Positions 8,135-15,816 of a stretch of DNA of 20,000 nt are shown here, piece by piece. Source of the stretch: an uncultured virus (IMG/VR IMGVR_UViG_3300008110_000044) (lineage: Duplodnaviria; Heunggongvirae; Uroviricota; Caudoviricetes); IMG/VR virus record IMGVR_UViG_3300008110_000044; one strand, given 5' to 3'. Position numbers and translations under genes: made by a program. Every line of letters starts with the position of its first letter. The stretch's first letter is position 1. Below the pieces are notes generated by a model that worked only from the letters and a program-made list of their open reading frames with translations, did no database searches and was not told the origin of the DNA.

Positions 8135-8632
8135 TTAACAATCTACAACATTAGCTTCACCAAAGAGATCTTGTAGTTTAGCTTTAAGTTTACCATAACC
8201 AAATGCAAAAATATCTACATCTTCAGCTTGTGACATATCTGGTACAATAGAGACAGTAGTTTGTTCTACATCCTGCTCTTGCATTTCAGTAACTATTCTT
8301 GTTTCCATGATTGGATTACCATCTGCGTCATTAGATCCAGTAGAAACTTCTCTTTCTACCTGTATAGGAACCATCTGTTTTACAATAGTTGTATTAGATA
8401 CTTCTTTAGTCATAGGGCTATAAAGATTTTCTCCAATCTGTTGATTACGAGCAGTTCCCATTGTAGGAGAAGGATTACGACCTAATCCAGGAATATCATT
8501 TTCTGACATATACAGTTCAACACGGAAATCAGCATTACCATATTTACTAATACGATAGTCTGAAATTCTAACATAAGCTTCTGAAGTTATACCTTTATCG
8601 GTACCAATTTGTGTAGTGATCTTAAGTGCCAT
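8135..8632 (-). CDS. Small phage tail-associated protein (possible fibre assembly factor)
   Basis: 165 aa. 'MAL......T..GI....AY.RI' start and 'Y.KLK.....VVDC' end resemble small accessory proteins found beside phage tail-fibre genes. Function inferred from context only. Confidence 0.55.
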   Translation of the reverse strand: MALKITTQIGTDKGITSEAYVRISDYRISKYGNADFRVELYMSENDIPGLGRNPSPTMGTARNQQIGENLYSPMTKEVSNTTIVKQMVPIQVEREVSTGSNDADGNPIMETRIVTEMQEQDVEQTTVSIVPDMSQAEDVDIFAFGYGKLKAKLQDLFGEANVVDC

Positions 8633-8660
8633 GGTTTATATAAGTTTAATGTTTACATAG

Positions 8661-8677
8661 TCTACAATATAATATAC
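8661..8677 (-). promoter_or_regulatory. Putative phage-specific promoter motif GTATATTATATTGTAGA
   Basis: Immediately downstream of a terminator and upstream of the 8632 ATG. Matches the 945-962 motif (GTAWATTAT-W2-3-TGTAGA). Confidence 0.5.
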
Positions 8678-8691
8678 TGAATTTTTGGAAC

Positions 8692-8726
8692 AAAAACAAA
8701 AAACCACCCCGGGTTAGTAGGGTGGT
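8692..8726 (-). terminator. Rho-independent terminator after 8758..9267
   Basis: Minus strand ACCACCC-TACTAACCCG-GGGTGGT followed by TTTTTGTTTTTG. Confidence 0.8.
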
Positions 8727-8757
8727 CTTAGATATATAGAAACCGTGAACGGACAGG

Positions 8758-9267
8758 TTAGATAGGCACTACCTTAGTTTCTTCAGTTTTAATAAGCTTG
8801 AAGAAAGTTACATAGTTCTCTCCAGTCTCAACCTTTTCAAAATCAGCCAGTTTAAAAGCAGTATATTCCAACTCTTTTTCTGTCTGAAGAAGCTCGTTGA
8901 ACTCCTTCTCAAACTGCTGAAAATCAGGGTTTAACTTCTTTCGAGTAACTTCATTACCTTCAGAATCTGTATCTTTTACAGGGTTTCCGTCAGCGTCAGT
9001 CTCGTCTACTACCATTGGGATAGAGATAGAACCACGCTCATCTTCTTTACCATACTTCTTAATAAGGTCATTCTTGAGTTCTTCAATAGAAGCTTTCTCA
9101 GCTGATACCTTCTTAGAAAGATCGGTCAACCAGTACTTGGTCACAAGAGATAATTTTTCTTGGAGTAAACCAGAGCTAACCTTTTCACCGGTTTGCTGGT
9201 TTGTCATACCACTGAGTTCTGCCTCCAAATTGTAGAACTCATAGAGTTTTAATGAAATTTTTTCCAT
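8758..9267 (-). CDS. Charged helical phage protein (DUF1617-like; possible tail-fibre chaperone)
   Basis: 169 aa, E/K-rich, no Cys. Pattern 'KYWL..L.K.V..E....EE....LIKKYG..D..G...F..E..ELL..E.EL' resembles DUF1617-like proteins found beside fibre genes. Assignment from memory. Confidence 0.55.
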   Translation of the reverse strand: MEKISLKLYEFYNLEAELSGMTNQQTGEKVSSGLLQEKLSLVTKYWLTDLSKKVSAEKASIEELKNDLIKKYGKEDERGSISIPMVVDETDADGNPVKDTDSEGNEVTRKKLNPDFQQFEKEFNELLQTEKELEYTAFKLADFEKVETGENYVTFFKLIKTEETKVVPI

Positions 9268-9286
9268 GGGTTTAAGATTAATCTAT

Positions 9287-9345
9287 TACGAATATAGTTA
9301 CTTATACAATATTCGTACCAAATGACATATTAACAGGTGTTAATA
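9287..9345. repeat. Two perfect inverted repeats (operator-like)
   Basis: TACGAATAT(9287-9295)-N13-ATATTCGTA(9309-9317) and TATTAACA(9328-9335)-GG-TGTTAATA(9338-9345). Confidence 0.7.
9289..9322 (-). promoter_or_regulatory. Bacteroidota sigma70-like promoter (-33 TTTG / -7 TATATTCG)
   Basis: Minus strand TTTG-N22-TATATTCG versus consensus TTTG-N19-21-TAnnTTTG (one mismatch, spacer slightly long), about 20 nt upstream of the 9267 ATG. Confidence 0.45.
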
Positions 9346-9346
9346 A

Positions 9347-10882
9347 CTAAGCAAATCCACCACCACCTGGGCCAGGACCTGTACAACCAGAACTATATAA
9401 ATAAGCTGGACCGAAGTTCATACTATAAGCACAGAAGGTATCACCAGGCTGGAAGTAAATATATTGACTGTTACCGCTACAGTCTGTATAAGATACATAA
9501 CCGTAATCAGAAACTGAATATGTACTGCAAACTTGACAGTTTGGAGAGTTATATTCTACTGTTGTATATGTTCCACAACTTCCATCTGCATAAACCCTAT
9601 TCCAAGTTGAGCCATCACAGAATTGTTCTAAAAGAGTACCGTTTGCAGGACAAGACGCATTTCTCACATAAGTTACAGATGAATATGGTCTTACATTAGT
9701 AACAGCATAAAAACTAGCTCCGTTGTCCCCCGAGACATACATAGCTCCTCTGACGCTATCATTATTAGCAGCATAGATTGTTGCTGCATTTGAACTTACA
9801 GCAAGTCCTGTCCAAGATCCATTAACATTATTGTTATTAGGATATATACCTGTATAGCCCCAAGACCAAGACCAGTTGTTATAGTTTACAGCTCCACCAA
9901 TAAAGTTCTTTATAATAAAACTAATATTACCATAAGCAGCTCCTGGTTCTATAGTAGCTACTGTATTATTGCCAAGATTATCTGTAGCAATATTAGAAAA
10001 GTTAAATGGACTACTTATATTTCCTATACCAGGTACATTAATAGTAATTGGCACTTGAGCAAAAGTAGCTCCACTATCTGTTGATAAATAAAGATGCGAG
10101 TTATTTCCTGCTATCCAGATTACTGATCCACTAGCATTCATTGTAATAGACGTCCATGAAATACCTGACGTACCTGTATTAGATTGTGTCCAACTATTAC
10201 TTGCACTTATCTGTGAAAGTGATGACCTCCAAACTGTACCATCAGCAGCAATGGCTACCATAAGGGTTCCTGAAGTATTCATAGCAACACCTTTCCAGTT
10301 TCTTATACCTGCACTTGTTGAGGCTCTAAAATTATCACCAGCCGGAAGTGGTTGAATATTATGATAAATATATGCAGAAGTACCTACTACTACATAATAA
10401 CCATTTTGACTCATCGCAAGACAAGTTGGGTTATGTGTACCAGATATACCATTTGATATATTATTAAAAGTTGCTCCTGAATCTGTAGAAAGCTCTACTT
10501 TTCCACCACCTTCGGGTATAACAAGATTTCTAATAGCTACTATATAACTACCAGTACTATTAGATTTAATATCTATCCAATCTCTACCTAATGTATAAAA
10601 AGGATTAAAGCCTGTGCTATTTTCACCTCTTGATGCTTCAATTATTCCTGTACCGTATCCAGATGTCGTAGCTAAAACACTACCAGGACCTATTGGACAA
10701 ATGTTATTAATTGAAGAAACTAGACCATTGCTAACTGTAATATAGTTACTACCTTGTGTAAGATAGTTAAAGGAAGAATATATACCATTTGGTGCTGCAG
10801 TAGTCCTTTCAGGATCTGTCCAAACAGGACATCCCACATTAAGAGTAGAACAGTAAGAAAATAATATTGCGTTACTTGCCAT
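9347..10882 (-). CDS. Asp-box (BNR) beta-propeller virion protein with Cys-rich terminal modules; putative receptor/glycan-binding protein
   Basis: 511 aa. Asp-boxes STDSGATF (x2) and SGDNGASF. Blade repeats 'W..IAMN.SG..I.A'. Cys modules at both termini. Ends GCTGPGPGGGGFA. Confidence 0.8.
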   Translation of the reverse strand: MASNAILFSYCSTLNVGCPVWTDPERTTAAPNGIYSSFNYLTQGSNYITVSNGLVSSINNICPIGPGSVLATTSGYGTGIIEASRGENSTGFNPFYTLGRDWIDIKSNSTGSYIVAIRNLVIPEGGGKVELSTDSGATFNNISNGISGTHNPTCLAMSQNGYYVVVGTSAYIYHNIQPLPAGDNFRASTSAGIRNWKGVAMNTSGTLMVAIAADGTVWRSSLSQISASNSWTQSNTGTSGISWTSITMNASGSVIWIAGNNSHLYLSTDSGATFAQVPITINVPGIGNISSPFNFSNIATDNLGNNTVATIEPGAAYGNISFIIKNFIGGAVNYNNWSWSWGYTGIYPNNNNVNGSWTGLAVSSNAATIYAANNDSVRGAMYVSGDNGASFYAVTNVRPYSSVTYVRNASCPANGTLLEQFCDGSTWNRVYADGSCGTYTTVEYNSPNCQVCSTYSVSDYGYVSYTDCSGNSQYIYFQPGDTFCAYSMNFGPAYLYSSGCTGPGPGGGGFA

Positions 10883-10885
10883 ATT

Positions 10886-11653
10886 TTAACATTGTATACA
10901 TCCACAGTTACCGTCACCACCACAAGCGTAATAAGCATTATTTACATCATAACAGTTGTCATAAGTATATGCTATTAAAGAATATGCTTTAACAACATAA
11001 GTAGTATTGTACTGAACTGTAAATGTATGACTTAAACTTTGTAAGTTAGGACCATTATAAGGATACTTCCATAATGTCTGATTAGTAATTAGTGTACCAT
11101 TAGCGTATATTTGAAGCTTACCTATACCAGGTGCTTCCCATCCCCATGTAGATCCTTCTGGAGCATTGAGTCCAAAGTTTGCTTGTACAAGAACATTATT
11201 ACCTACTTTTATAGAAGAACTCATTTGTGGACTATATTGTGGTCCTCCAAAAAACATACCATCTAAATTATTAGTAGGATCTAGTCTAAGAATATTACCA
11301 TTTACATAACCAAATAGATCACAGTTAAGATAGGGATTACCTTCTTGATTCATCTCAAAAGTTATAGAACTTGACCTAATAGCATTAATCTGCTCATATT
11401 TAGGCAGCCAATTTGGAGAAGGTCCTATTACACCAAAACCATTCTCGTCTGTATAGTTATATAAAGGAAGATAATTCTCTCCGGCTGGTGTACCCGTAGG
11501 ACCAGCATATACCCAGACTCTGTCATTTATTTCTTTGCCTGTAAGACAACGATTAGTATTAGGGATACTCTGTCCGGCTTTTATGGCTAGGAGTTTATCA
11601 TTAACCATGCCTTGAAGCTCTTGTCCTGTGACAGCAAAACCATTACTTCTCAT
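10886..11653 (-). CDS. Putative fibre-tip/adaptor protein coupled to the upstream S74 fibre
   Basis: 255 aa. Start overlaps the fibre gene end by 11 nt. Beta-sandwich-like C-half ('HTFTVQYNTTYVVKAYS'). Cys-rich tail ACGGDGNCGCIQC. Confidence 0.6.
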   Translation of the reverse strand: MRSNGFAVTGQELQGMVNDKLLAIKAGQSIPNTNRCLTGKEINDRVWVYAGPTGTPAGENYLPLYNYTDENGFGVIGPSPNWLPKYEQINAIRSSSITFEMNQEGNPYLNCDLFGYVNGNILRLDPTNNLDGMFFGGPQYSPQMSSSIKVGNNVLVQANFGLNAPEGSTWGWEAPGIGKLQIYANGTLITNQTLWKYPYNGPNLQSLSHTFTVQYNTTYVVKAYSLIAYTYDNCYDVNNAYYACGGDGNCGCIQC

Positions 11654-14600
11654 CTTCTAGCTGTTTTATTCTGGCTTCTAATTCCTGTACAGCTTTAATC
11701 AAAAGACCTATAGTGCTATTAGCATCCATTACATTTTTGTCTTTTGTAGAAAGTTCTACAGGAGTGTCTTCCGCAATAAAACCTATGCGTCTGTTTTCCA
11801 GATCTGTTTTATAATAAAAGGAAACTACATTTGTTCTTTTCAGAATATCTAATGCTGATTCTGTGTAAGGGTTAACATCTGTCTTTAGTAATCTACTAGA
11901 AGACTGAAAGAAACCAGCAGCTGTTAAGTTAGCACTAGCATCTCTTAGAGCAATAGTGTCAGCAGTTGAAGCTGTAGTAATTGTTTTAGTTACACTAAAG
12001 GTTGTACCACTAAGTGTCAATCCTGCCCCAGCTGAATAAGTTGTATTAGTATCTGTATCAGCATCGTCACGCCATCCAGGATTACCATTAGCATCTGTCT
12101 TCCAAACTTTATTGGCTATTGCTCCAGGAGCTGTTACATATCCATCTTGTGTTTTAGTATTAGCCTGCCAAGTATTAGTGTCAGTATCTGCGTCATCTCT
12201 CCAACCTGGATTACCAGCACTATCAGTCTTCCATACTTTGTTTGCTACAGCACCTGGTGCTGAAACATAACCGGCAGCATCTTTTGTATTGGCTACCCAA
12301 GTATCTGTATCTGCATCTGTTCTCCAACCAGGTACTCCATCAGCATCAGTTTTCCAAACCTTACTTGCGTTACCAGTACCTTTAGTTACATAACCATCAT
12401 TATCTTTAGTATTTGCTTGCCAAGTGTTCGTATCTATATCAGCACCCCACACCGCTGTACCATCTGCTGACCATCTAAGTATTTCACCAGCTGCTCCACC
12501 AGCAGGAATATGTTTATTACCAGCTGTTGTTGGATGCACATAAACAGTATCTGTGTCTGCATCATCACGCCATGCTGGTGCACCAGTTCCATCTGTCTTC
12601 CATACCTTATTTGCATTACCTGTACCTGCTGCTACATAGCCAGCATTATCTTTACTATTAGCAACCCATGTATTATTATCAGCTGCCCATGTACCATCCG
12701 CTCTTAAAAACTTTGCCTGATCTCCTGCCGCAGGCCCTGGAACAAGACCACTAGACCCCGCTGCACCTGCTGATGCTCCGCCAAATACAGAATAAGTAGT
12801 ACCTACTGGAATACCCCATGTACCATTACCTTGTAAAAATCTACTCTGTTGACCTGCAGCTGGTGCTGGTACAAAACCTATTGACCCAGCAGCATCAGCT
12901 GTTGCACCACCAAAAACACTAGTTATTAAAGCTACCCAAGTAGCATCCCCTCTAAGAAATCTACCTTGCTGCCCAGCTGCAGGGCCTGGTACTAATCCAG
13001 ATGTACCTGCATCATTTGCAGTAGCTGCACCAAAAACACTATAAGTGGTGTCAGCATCTACTCTCCAAGCTGGATTACCGTTTGCATCAGTTTTCCATAC
13101 TCTATTAGCTACTGCACCTGGAGCAGCAACATATCCTGCATCATCTTTGGTATTAGCTATCCAGGTGTTTGTATCTGTAGGTGTAACCCAAGTACCATCA
13201 CCACGTAAAAACTTTGCATTATCAGCTAGAACTGCTGGAGCTGGCACCAAACCATTTACTCCTGCAGTTACTACACCACCTGGGTTAGTAGCTGCTGTAA
13301 ATACCGCATAAGTTGTGTCACTAGAAACAAACTGGAATACCCCAGCAGTGGTTTCTGTAATAGCAACATTTGTACCTGCACGTAGTGTGATATTTCCTGT
13401 TCTATACGTTGTGCCACCGGTTGTACCATCAGCATCTATTCTTCTGATCTGAGTTATAGTATCAGTATCTACATAAGTAGAATTAATTGTTATCTCATCA
13501 CCAGATCTTCCTAAAGTTACATTAGTACCTGCAACAAGAGTAACATCATCTGTAGTACTATCTGACCCAGTAAGTCTTATTACTTTCTTTCCTGTTGTAC
13601 CATCTGCTGCACTAACTGAGTAAGTAGTATTTGTATCTGTAAAAGAAGAAGCTATTTGATATACTCCTGCTACAGGTTCTGTAATAGTAACATTGTTTCC
13701 AGGTCTTAAAGTAAGATCCCCGCTTCTATAGGTACTAGGATTAGTAGCTCCATCTGAATCTACTCTTCTTAATCTTGTTACCGTGTTTGTATCTATGTAA
13801 GAAGAAGCAATAGTTATTTCTGTGGCACTAGTTCTTGTAATAGTAACATTATCACCAGCTGTTAAAGTAATATCTGAGTTTACAGCATCACTTCCAGATA
13901 GTCTAATCTTTGTTGTAGCATTAGGAACAGTAAGAGAGTAATTAGTATTAGTATCTGTGTAACTAGAAGAAAGTACACCATTTGCATCAATAGAAAGGTT
14001 TGTACCAACTTTGATACCCCCAAGCACTGAGGCTGAGGCAGTTGGTAAAACATAACTATTACCTGCTGATAGAATTCCGTCTGCGTCTATAGATAAGTTG
14101 GCACCTACTTTAATACCTCCTAATACAGAAGCAGAGGCTTTTGGCAAAGTATAAATAGGTAAGGTTTGCCAAGTTTTATCACCTCTCCAATATTGTGCTG
14201 TAGTTCCTGCAGTAATAGCAGGTTCTTTAGTACCTATCAAAGTTGTAATGGTTGTGGCAAAATTAGCATCATCACCTAAAGCAGCTGCCAACTCATTAAG
14301 AGTATTAAGAGTTGTTGGGGCAGAGTCTACTAGATTAGCTACTTGTGTAGTAACATATGTTTCTGTGGCATAACCTGTAAGATCTGTAGAGTAATTAGGT
14401 ATATTCAATACTCCGTTTACATATGTAGCGGCACCGTTTGTTCCAGTAGTTGTAATACTAATAGCAGCTCTTGCTCTAGCTGTTGTAAAGTAAAGGTTAC
14501 CACTTTCCGTTATCTGACTAGTCAGATAGTCTCCTGTCTGACTAGTTACTGCACCAATTCTTCCAAATACAGAAGTTACCGCACTTTCTGACGCGGTAAG

Positions 14601-14750
14601 CTGATCTACAGTAGCAGTAGATATCTGACCATCTGGACCAGCTACTAATACGGTTGTACTAGTGCCAGGTATAGTAGGTATATTTTTTAGATATACCCCT
14701 GACGGTAGATGCAGATTATACTGACCATCTATATTAAAGAAGTTATCCAT
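11643..14750 (-). CDS. Long repeat-rich tail fibre with C-terminal intramolecular chaperone (peptidase S74) domain
   Basis: About 1035 aa from ATG 14750 (the track starts one codon earlier at TTG). Fibre motif 'APTTLNTLNELAAALGDD.NFATT', many G/T/D-rich repeats, C-terminal 'SSRLLKTDV...RIGFIAED...LLIKAVQELEARIKQLE'. Confidence 0.9.
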   Translation of the reverse strand: MDNFFNIDGQYNLHLPSGVYLKNIPTIPGTSTTVLVAGPDGQISTATVDQLTASESAVTSVFGRIGAVTSQTGDYLTSQITESGNLYFTTARARAAISITTTGTNGAATYVNGVLNIPNYSTDLTGYATETYVTTQVANLVDSAPTTLNTLNELAAALGDDANFATTITTLIGTKEPAITAGTTAQYWRGDKTWQTLPIYTLPKASASVLGGIKVGANLSIDADGILSAGNSYVLPTASASVLGGIKVGTNLSIDANGVLSSSYTDTNTNYSLTVPNATTKIRLSGSDAVNSDITLTAGDNVTITRTSATEITIASSYIDTNTVTRLRRVDSDGATNPSTYRSGDLTLRPGNNVTITEPVAGVYQIASSFTDTNTTYSVSAADGTTGKKVIRLTGSDSTTDDVTLVAGTNVTLGRSGDEITINSTYVDTDTITQIRRIDADGTTGGTTYRTGNITLRAGTNVAITETTAGVFQFVSSDTTYAVFTAATNPGGVVTAGVNGLVPAPAVLADNAKFLRGDGTWVTPTDTNTWIANTKDDAGYVAAPGAVANRVWKTDANGNPAWRVDADTTYSVFGAATANDAGTSGLVPGPAAGQQGRFLRGDATWVALITSVFGGATADAAGSIGFVPAPAAGQQSRFLQGNGTWGIPVGTTYSVFGGASAGAAGSSGLVPGPAAGDQAKFLRADGTWAADNNTWVANSKDNAGYVAAGTGNANKVWKTDGTGAPAWRDDADTDTVYVHPTTAGNKHIPAGGAAGEILRWSADGTAVWGADIDTNTWQANTKDNDGYVTKGTGNASKVWKTDADGVPGWRTDADTDTWVANTKDAAGYVSAPGAVANKVWKTDSAGNPGWRDDADTDTNTWQANTKTQDGYVTAPGAIANKVWKTDANGNPGWRDDADTDTNTTYSAGAGLTLSGTTFSVTKTITTASTADTIALRDASANLTAAGFFQSSSRLLKTDVNPYTESALDILKRTNVVSFYYKTDLENRRIGFIAEDTPVELSTKDKNVMDANSTIGLLIKAVQELEARIKQLEDEK
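12055..14150 (-). repeat. Mosaic of intragenic fibre repeat classes
   Basis: Approximate spans: 2x 'LP.ASASVLGGIKVG.NLSIDA.G.LS' (13965-14150); 4x 'DT...AG/PG.NV.I' in ABAB alternation (13320-13960); 4x 'G.VP.PA.....FL.G/ADG/ATW'; 5x 'NTW.AN.K...GYV......KVWKTD..G.P.WR.DAD'; 1x 'YVHP..AGNKHIPAGG...ILRW'. Confidence 0.85.
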
Positions 14751-14762
14751 CAAAGAATTTTA

Positions 14763-14945
14763 TTAATGTACTGGTGGTCTATCAGGTGCAACAATAGTAT
14801 CATAAGGATTAGATACTGTATTTAGAATACGGTAATTACCAATACTTGTTGCGGGTGTAAATGTAGCCAAAGAGATAACTGTATAAGCTATCAAAAGTGC
14901 TACAATAAATCTAATAGATTGTCTGTAAGAAATTGTGTAAGTCAT
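14763..14945 (-). CDS. Small hypothetical protein with one hydrophobic helix
   Basis: 60 aa filling the gap between the two fibre cassettes with about 10-nt spacers and an A/T-rich start context. Hydrophobic stretch FIVALLIAYTVISLATF. Confidence 0.55.
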   Translation of the reverse strand: MTYTISYRQSIRFIVALLIAYTVISLATFTPATSIGNYRILNTVSNPYDTIVAPDRPPVH

Positions 14946-14955
14946 ATATTATAGT

Positions 14956-15816
14956 TTATGATGGTGTTCTACCTTGTAAAGCTGCTCCAATAGTACTAAG
15001 ATCTCCAGTTGATAAATAAGAATTATATATTGCTACATAACTAAAGTCTGCATTTATCCAGTTGTTATAACGTAATCCTAAAAAGAATCCCCAACCACTA
15101 AGACCTGTTATACTACAAGAAGTAGAAGCTCCTGCTCCTGAATAAAGCGTTGAGTTTTTATATACATGAACTTGTTGGGAAGTTCCGTTAGATCTTAAAA
15201 AATAAGTTGACCATGCTCCTATGCCTGTATTAGAAGGATAGTTTAAATAATCAAATCCATTGCTTCCACAGTTAAGATCTCTCCATACTGAAGATCTACT
15301 ATTATCTCCATCTAAGTACCATGATAGACCTTGAGTGTCACTACCATGACCAAGTATACCAGGATAGTTACCATTATAAGAATAACCTTTAGGTTTCATA
15401 TGTACTACAAAAGTAAAAGATGCAGTACCTGTTGGTTTAAGAGCATCTGGTATTCTTACTGAAAGTTGAGCACTAGATCCAGGTAAATTAAGAAATCCAG
15501 ATCCACTATACCCACTAACTGTTGTAGCAGATCCATTACCAGTACCTGTACTAAAGGTTCCATTATTACCATTACCGCTAAGATCCGCTATACTTGTTCC
15601 ACTATTAGAATAGTAACTAGTTCTTGAAAAGTCAAAAATAAGCTGGGGAGAACCATAAATATAAGCTCCAGTACCAGTATAACCATAGAACTCACTCATA
15701 GCATCTGGTGTAGATTTACCAGCTGCAGCACTAAGTGTTCTCAGACTATATGAACTACTGCCTAGTTCTGTTTTAATTTGACTTATGCTTATAGCACCAC
15801 TACTTTGTAAGGCCAT
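14956..15816 (-). CDS. Putative fibre-tip adhesin: conserved N-terminal docking segment + LamG/ConA-like lectin domain
   Basis: 286 aa. N-terminus MALQSSGAISISQIKTELG...MSEFYG is typical of genes directly after S74 fibres. LamG-like signatures 'FDF.....Y..SGT.I.DLSGNGNNGT' and 'VAIYN..LS'. 17-nt overlap with the fibre gene. Confidence 0.75.
   Translation of the reverse strand: MALQSSGAISISQIKTELGSSSYSLRTLSAAAGKSTPDAMSEFYGYTGTGAYIYGSPQLIFDFSRTSYYSNSGTSIADLSGNGNNGTFSTGTGNGSATTVSGYSGSGFLNLPGSSAQLSVRIPDALKPTGTASFTFVVHMKPKGYSYNGNYPGILGHGSDTQGLSWYLDGDNSRSSVWRDLNCGSNGFDYLNYPSNTGIGAWSTYFLRSNGTSQQVHVYKNSTLYSGAGASTSCSITGLSGWGFFLGLRYNNWINADFSYVAIYNSYLSTGDLSTIGAALQGRTPS

Noticed and set aside
9347..10882. 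Calling the propeller a sialidase/endosialidase
   Set aside because: Asp-boxes are structural and shared by many families. I see no RIP motif or Arg-triad evidence.
2966..12616. Short alternative-frame minus-strand ORFs (2966, 3814, 10720, 12434)
   Set aside because: Nested in longer genes. Their Leu/Gln/Ile-rich composition is the expected frameshift read of T/A-ending codons.
12055..13300. CRISPR-like repeat array
   Set aside because: The repeats are in-frame protein repeats with synonymous divergence, not identical DNA repeats with unique spacers.
334..15802. Stop-codon reassignment (TAG to Gln or TGA to Trp), known in some Crassvirales
   Set aside because: Genes are long and unbroken under the standard code. 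The TAG stops at 334, 9347 and 15800 fall at sensible gene ends.
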